Shown: piece by piece, positions 59,020 through 64,000 of the stretch | Layout: each line of letters starts with the position of its first letter | Numbering within the stretch: the first letter of the stretch is position 1 | Source: a virus | Direction: 5' to 3' (one strand) | IMG/VR virus record: IMGVR_UViG_3300025016_000004 | DNA length: 64,000 nucleotides | Made by a program: the position numbers and the translations under genes | Notes under the pieces: model-generated | Seen by the model: the letters and a program-made list of their open reading frames with translations, nothing else | Told to the model about the DNA's origin: nothing | The model's database searches: none

Positions 59020-61050
59020 ATGAGTTATATAATTAAAAGTACATCACCCTTTGCTAGTACAAAGTTAACCGAAACAGGTAGAGAAAAAATTGCCAGAGGA
59101 CAATTAAATTTCACTAGTTGGTCTATTGGTGACTCTGAAATTAATTATGTTAGAGAAGGAGAAATTCAAGATGCAGTTATAACTGGCACTACCAGTAAAA
59201 TACTAAGACCTAAAGATAAACAGCCTAATTTAAAATATTTTATTAGTAATTCTTCAGGTACAGCCGCATTTAATTTTGGTTCTGGCGATATTAGATGTAT
59301 AAAAGCTACAGTGAATAATCAAGCCGCTGAAAGAGGATTTTTTAGTGGTACTTCGTTATATGACTATACAGCAATTACAGGTGAAACTATGTCAAATTAT
59401 ATTAGACTAGTTAGAGAATTACCAGCTACCACACTTGCTGGTGGTACTACATTAAATCTTGGAGCTTCTGATGCCGCTGTAGGTGATGTAATATTATTAA
59501 AAATAGGTTATTCTGATTTAACCAACGTAACCCCAACGGCACATTTATGGTTTAAAGTTCAAGCGACTGGTGCTACATCAGTAACAGTAGATAGAGTATT
59601 ACCTACAATAGGTAGTGATGCAACAATGGCCATTGTTTATAAAGGTGGTGAATTAGATACTTTAGAAGCCCCACAAATTGCTTATTGGGATACAGGTACA
59701 TTATCATTTGATGCTTCAGGTTGTACAACAACAATGATTGATGTCCCAATTTGGAATATGAACATTCCTTTTGCTGAAAATATTCTTGGAACACCAACAA
59801 CTGGAACAACTGAAGAATTTAATCGTTATGGTTCATATGATTTAATGGGTGAAAAAAATAATTATTTATATCCATCAACAGATGCTTTCCTTAAATCAGT
59901 TGCAATTATACATTATTCAAATAAAACAATTTCAAACCTATATGGTGAGTTTTTACATATAGATGGTATAACAAAAAGCGTTAAATTACATTTACCTACT
60001 TTGATGTATCATAGAAGAGATGTATTTACTGGAACTACAGGTGGTGAAATGGGAATGACATTTATTGCTAGTGGTACTTCAGTATCAGTAGGTTCTAATG
60101 GTTTATCATATGTTCCATTAATAGAAGATGCGACTTATGTCACTGGCAGTACAGTAACTTCAGTTGGTAGAGTTTATCCAGATTTAAAAATAGTTGTTAT
60201 AGACAACCCAGAAGTAGTTGCAGCAATTTCGTACAAATCAAATAGAAATTGGACGTTACCAGCGTTAAATTTAGCACTTACAAACGCAACATCAGGACCA
60301 ACCAATGGTTTATTACCTGTTAATTCAACAATATATGTTACATATGCAGTAGATAATGAAAGTGGAAGTGGAATAACTCCAGCATTACCAAGTCAAAATT
60401 TTGCAACAATAACAAATACAACTACATCATCTAAAGACGTATCATTTAATATTGAAGCTACTGATTTATTTCCTTATATGCAAAGTGGTACAACAAGTGG
60501 TGGTTTTTATGCTGATACATTTAAAGTGATATATCAAATAACTACCGATGGTGCTAGACCTACATCTGGTAATTGGAAAGTGTTGGATTATACCACATCA
60601 GTTGTTGCTGGTGGTGGAATTATGAATCCAGCTGATTTAGAAACACAAAACCCACTAGCGGTTGTTTCAGGTGGAGATATATTACAATTAACAAAAACTA
60701 AAGATTTAACTGCACCAATTTATTCAGTTGTGAGTACGTTAACAATGCCAGATAAAACAACACCAGAGATATTACAATTTGGTGATGAAAGGTTCTTTTA
60801 TGGAAATATAGAATCCTTTATAGGTGCAACAATTTTTAAAACAATTTTTAAAATCTCAATCAATGCTAGTGATTTTACTTCAACAACTAACCTCACTAGG
60901 GTTAGTGGTGTAAACCCACCTAATATAAGAGTTAGCGAAGTTGGTGTTTATAACTCTGATGGAGATTTAGTAATAATAAGTAAACTTAGTGTTCCAGTTG
61001 AACTAACACCAGGTAAGACAATGATTCTAGAATTATCAATGGATTTTTAA
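59020..61050 (+). CDS. Tail collar / fibre-anchor-like protein
   Basis: N-terminal KLTETGREKIARG...WSIGDSEINY and C-terminal VSEVGVYNSDGDLVIISKL. Confidence 0.55.
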   Translation: MSYIIKSTSPFASTKLTETGREKIARGQLNFTSWSIGDSEINYVREGEIQDAVITGTTSKILRPKDKQPNLKYFISNSSGTAAFNFGSGDIRCIKATVNNQAAERGFFSGTSLYDYTAITGETMSNYIRLVRELPATTLAGGTTLNLGASDAAVGDVILLKIGYSDLTNVTPTAHLWFKVQATGATSVTVDRVLPTIGSDATMAIVYKGGELDTLEAPQIAYWDTGTLSFDASGCTTTMIDVPIWNMNIPFAENILGTPTTGTTEEFNRYGSYDLMGEKNNYLYPSTDAFLKSVAIIHYSNKTISNLYGEFLHIDGITKSVKLHLPTLMYHRRDVFTGTTGGEMGMTFIASGTSVSVGSNGLSYVPLIEDATYVTGSTVTSVGRVYPDLKIVVIDNPEVVAAISYKSNRNWTLPALNLALTNATSGPTNGLLPVNSTIYVTYAVDNESGSGITPALPSQNFATITNTTTSSKDVSFNIEATDLFPYMQSGTTSGGFYADTFKVIYQITTDGARPTSGNWKVLDYTTSVVAGGGIMNPADLETQNPLAVVSGGDILQLTKTKDLTAPIYSVVSTLTMPDKTTPEILQFGDERFFYGNIESFIGATIFKTIFKISINASDFTSTTNLTRVSGVNPPNIRVSEVGVYNSDGDLVIISKLSVPVELTPGKTMILELSMDF

Positions 61051-61053
61051 GAT

Positions 61054-62244
61054 ATGGGATTTATAGCAAGCGCACAGACAGTAACGATAACAGCCAAATT
61101 AACACCTTTTGGTAGACAACAACTATTAACCAATAGTAGTAGCATTATAACACAATTTAGTTTGGGCGATAGTGATGCTAATTATTATGGTACAGCAACT
61201 TTAGAAAGAGGTAAGGTACCATCATTAGCGGGTGAAGTAGGTAGTAATAATTTATTTAGCAATGGTGTTTATTCAGGTGTTGGAATAAAATCTCCAATTA
61301 CAGTTAACTCTACTGGTGTTACAAAAAAGGCTGTTCAAGCTGGTTCTAGTTCTGTCATAATAACTCCTAAATTAATTGGATTAACAGCTCTTACAGATAC
61401 ATTTTTAACACAGTTAACTATTAATAGAACTTTAGGTGCTACTGATGGTAATACTAACCTATTTCATACATTCGGATTACCTATAACACAAGCTGATAAA
61501 AACAAATATACTACATTTGTTTCACCAACAGGTTATTTAGATACAGCAATTGCTGGGTTTAATAAAGATTCAGTGTTGGTGATTGCAATTGATAATTGTA
61601 GTTATGGTGAAATTTTGGATGGTAAAAATGTTAAAATTGAGATAGAATCTAGTGGTGCCACATCTTATACAGGATATACGACATTCCAAAAAAGTCTTAC
61701 ACCTTTAACAAGCGTTGATTCCCAAGTTAGAGAATTATTAGAGTTAGGTACAGCTATTGGTAATAACGTAGCATTTATATTCTCTGACCAAATACGAAGA
61801 CCTAATGGTAATGCAGCTAAAAGTTGGGCTACTGGGTTTAATACGGTTAAACCATTTAGCACCAATAATAAAGAATTATTTAATGCTAAATCAGTTCCAT
61901 CAACAAGTACAAATGTTGATGAAGCGATAGGTATCGCTTATCTAGATAGAGGTATTATTGTTATAACACATCCTGATATTGTAGGTGCTTACGTACCATC
62001 TGGAACAACGATAACATATAATAGCATTTCGAATGAAGTTGCTCAAAATATTACATGTATTGTTGAAAGAGGTGAATTCGCTTCAACAAATAATAGAACT
62101 TATACTACTGGTGAATCACTTAGAGTTACTGAAGTTGCGTTATATGATACATTTAATAATGTGATAGCATTTGCTAAAAGTAATGAGCATATTCTTATCG
62201 GTGCTAATCAATATATGGCATTAGGTGTTAGAATTTTAGTATAA
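61054..62244 (+). CDS. Tail collar / fibre-anchor-like protein, paralog of 59020-61050
   Basis: KLTPFGRQQLL...FSLGDSDANY and VTEVALYDTFNNVIAFAKS. Confidence 0.55.
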   Translation: MGFIASAQTVTITAKLTPFGRQQLLTNSSSIITQFSLGDSDANYYGTATLERGKVPSLAGEVGSNNLFSNGVYSGVGIKSPITVNSTGVTKKAVQAGSSSVIITPKLIGLTALTDTFLTQLTINRTLGATDGNTNLFHTFGLPITQADKNKYTTFVSPTGYLDTAIAGFNKDSVLVIAIDNCSYGEILDGKNVKIEIESSGATSYTGYTTFQKSLTPLTSVDSQVRELLELGTAIGNNVAFIFSDQIRRPNGNAAKSWATGFNTVKPFSTNNKELFNAKSVPSTSTNVDEAIGIAYLDRGIIVITHPDIVGAYVPSGTTITYNSISNEVAQNITCIVERGEFASTNNRTYTTGESLRVTEVALYDTFNNVIAFAKSNEHILIGANQYMALGVRILV

Positions 62245-62295
62245 AATATTTACTTATTTTTTTTATTTAGTATATTCCCTTATAAATTTATAATT

Positions 62296-62964
62296 ATGAA
62301 GGAAAAACAAGAATTTATCCTTGGTTTAGACGTTTCAACAAAAACCATTGGTATTGCGTTATACGAGAATTTAGGTGAAAAAGGTAAATTAACTGCCTTG
62401 ACTCACGTTACCCCTAAAATAAAACCACTACCACCTACAAAAACACAAGAATTATTTGAGAAATGTGATATTTTTGATGAACAATGTTTAGATAAATACA
62501 AAAGTTTTAATATCACAAGAGTAATAATTGAAGAACCTTTATTAAGGTCTAATAATGTGAATACAGTAGGAACGTTATTACGATTTAATGGTATGATTTC
62601 AAGAGCAGTTTATAAAAAATTAGGTGTTGTACCTGATTTTATTTCATCATTTGACTCTAGAAAATATGCCTTTCCTGAATTAATGGCTGTTAGAACTCAT
62701 AATAAAAAGGGTGAAAAATATCCAGAAAAAGATATAGAAAAGAAAAGTAAATTAAAACAAACAACTCTTTTCGGGGCTTTCGATTGGGATGTTGATAAAA
62801 AAACAATTATTTGGGAAAAGGTTGCATATCTATATCCACAAATTACATGGCTATACAATAGGAATCAAGTATTGGCTAAAGAAAATTATGATATGAGTGA
62901 TAGTGCTACATGTGTACTAGGGTTTATGAGTTTAATTGGTGAGTGGCCAATAGAAAAAAGATAA
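62296..62964 (+). CDS. ruvC: RuvC-like Holliday junction resolvase
   Basis: ILGLDVSTKTIGIA, VIIEEP, DMSDSATC acidic triad. Confidence 0.75.
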   Translation: MKEKQEFILGLDVSTKTIGIALYENLGEKGKLTALTHVTPKIKPLPPTKTQELFEKCDIFDEQCLDKYKSFNITRVIIEEPLLRSNNVNTVGTLLRFNGMISRAVYKKLGVVPDFISSFDSRKYAFPELMAVRTHNKKGEKYPEKDIEKKSKLKQTTLFGAFDWDVDKKTIIWEKVAYLYPQITWLYNRNQVLAKENYDMSDSATCVLGFMSLIGEWPIEKR

Positions 62965-62973
62965 ACGGCAACT

Positions 62974-63000
62974 AAATCGGCAATCATTGCCGATTTTTTT
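62974..63000 (+). terminator. Intrinsic terminator
   Basis: aaatcggcaa-tca-ttgccgattt followed by a T tract. Confidence 0.8.
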
Positions 63001-63006
63001 ATTTTG

Positions 63007-63038
63007 TTTGGTTTTTAATTAAATTTTTAGTATATTTG
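63007..63038 (+). promoter_or_regulatory. Bacteroidota-type promoter (-33 TTTG, -7 TAnnTTTG)
   Basis: tttg (63007-63010), 20-nt spacer, tatatttg (63031-63038); ATG at 63043. Confidence 0.65.
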
Positions 63039-63042
63039 CATA

Positions 63043-64000
63043 ATGTCAATGATTGTAAATATATTAGAAAACTTCTTAGGAACCCCTCACTCGCATTATG
63101 AGAACAAATCTCAAGTGCAGTTTGACTGCCCTATGTGTTCTGCTGAGAAGAATAAATATGAAGGTGATGGTAAAGGTAATCTAGCAATCAACTACGAAAA
63201 AGGTGTTTATAAATGTTGGAATTGCTGGGAAAGAAATAATATGCATGGCTCTTTATTATATTTGATAAGAAAATATGGTAATAAACAACACCTTAAAGAT
63301 TATTTGCTTATCGCACCTAAAATCATTAAAGATAGAAGTAAAGAAGAGAAAGATGATATTCTAATAGATGTAAAATTACCTGAATCTTTTAGAGCTTTTA
63401 GTGATAGCACTTCTTATAATACAAATCACAATGATGCATATCGCTATGTTAAGGGTAGAGGAATAGATAATAACATTCTCCATAAATTTAATATAGGTTA
63501 TACTTGTGATGGTAAACATAAAGATAGAATTGTAATCCCTTCATACGATATTAACGGTGAATTAAATTATTATATTGCTAGGTCATTCAATAAGTGGAAT
63601 AAAACCAAATATTTAAACCCAGAATCTGATGTTGAAGCCAAAAATAAGAATGAGATTATCTTCAATGAACATAAAGTTAATTGGGATTCAACAATTTATT
63701 TAGTGGAAGGTGCCTTCGACCATATCGTAACACCCAATTCAATACCTTTATTAGGTAAATTCATTTCAGATAAATTATTTCATGCGTTACAAACCAAAGC
63801 AATGGGTAAAGTTGTTATTGTATTAGATGGTGGTGCTGAGGAAAGAAAAGATATGATACTTTTATATAAAAAGTTAAATACTTTAAATCTATATAATAGA
63901 GTTAGAGTTGTTTATCTTGAAGATAAAATGGACTTATCATTAATTTATCAAAAACAAGGGCCTAGAGGTATTTTAAGGAATTTAAGACAGGCTGTGAAAC
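63043..64000 (+). CDS. dnaG: DNA primase (runs off the window end; not in the ORF track)
   Basis: Translated by hand: FDCPMC...NLAIN...YKCWNC zinc finger, RGI, RIVIPSY, KYLNP, TOPRIM LVEGAFD...IVLDG. Confidence 0.85.
   Translation, partial: MSMIVNILENFLGTPHSHYENKSQVQFDCPMCSAEKNKYEGDGKGNLAINYEKGVYKCWNCWERNNMHGSLLYLIRKYGNKQHLKDYLLIAPKIIKDRSKEEKDDILIDVKLPESFRAFSDSTSYNTNHNDAYRYVKGRGIDNNILHKFNIGYTCDGKHKDRIVIPSYDINGELNYYIARSFNKWNKTKYLNPESDVEAKNKNEIIFNEHKVNWDSTIYLVEGAFDHIVTPNSIPLLGKFISDKLFHALQTKAMGKVVIVLDGGAEERKDMILLYKKLNTLNLYNRVRVVYLEDKMDLSLIYQKQGPRGILRNLRQAVK

Noticed and set aside
605..61865. Numerous short minus-strand and alternate-frame ORFs in the track
   Set aside because: They are shadows of long + strand genes with no recognisable motifs; only 29942-31567 is a credible minus-strand gene
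1..64000. Stop-codon reassignment (alternative genetic code)
   Set aside because: Standard code gives long, densely packed ORFs, the breaks in dnaB and nrdJ are TAA, and TAG ends genes normally (49638, 56569)
1..64000. tRNA or rRNA genes
   Set aside because: No cloverleaf or T-loop pattern recognised in the few intergenic gaps; a tRNAscan run would be needed to be certain

Overview
A 64 kb slice of a very AT-rich, large contractile-tailed (myovirus-like) phage genome, coded almost entirely on the + strand. The host is probably Bacteroidota, based on TTTG-N20-TAnnTTTG promoters, no Shine-Dalgarno motifs and SprB repeats. Gene order: tail chaperone end, tape measure and baseplate hub genes (1-13.8 kb); a replication block of gp32-like SSB, RecA/UvsX, 5'-3' exonuclease, DnaB helicase and class II ribonucleotide reductase (16-29.4 kb); baseplate wedge, tail and fibre/receptor-binding genes (29.5-62.2 kb); then RuvC and the start of a primase. 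The most striking feature is that two neighbouring essential genes, dnaB and nrdJ, are both fractured. Each carries one contiguous LAGLIDADG intein plus a naturally split intein whose halves flank a free-standing Vsr-like endonuclease gene with KYG repeats. Each endonuclease start is covered by a hairpin overlapping a putative late promoter. Also present are a protein-less 324-bp IS200/IS605 derivative that looks like a stand-alone TnpB omega-RNA locus and a 51-bp collapsed copy of it inserted in a late-promoter motif. Other features include three more free-standing homing-endonuclease-like genes (one split at an A9 run), a likely tail-chaperone frameshift, and a pervasive [ST]G-x-T motif in distal tail proteins. 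All family calls come from recognising motifs by eye; no searches were run.
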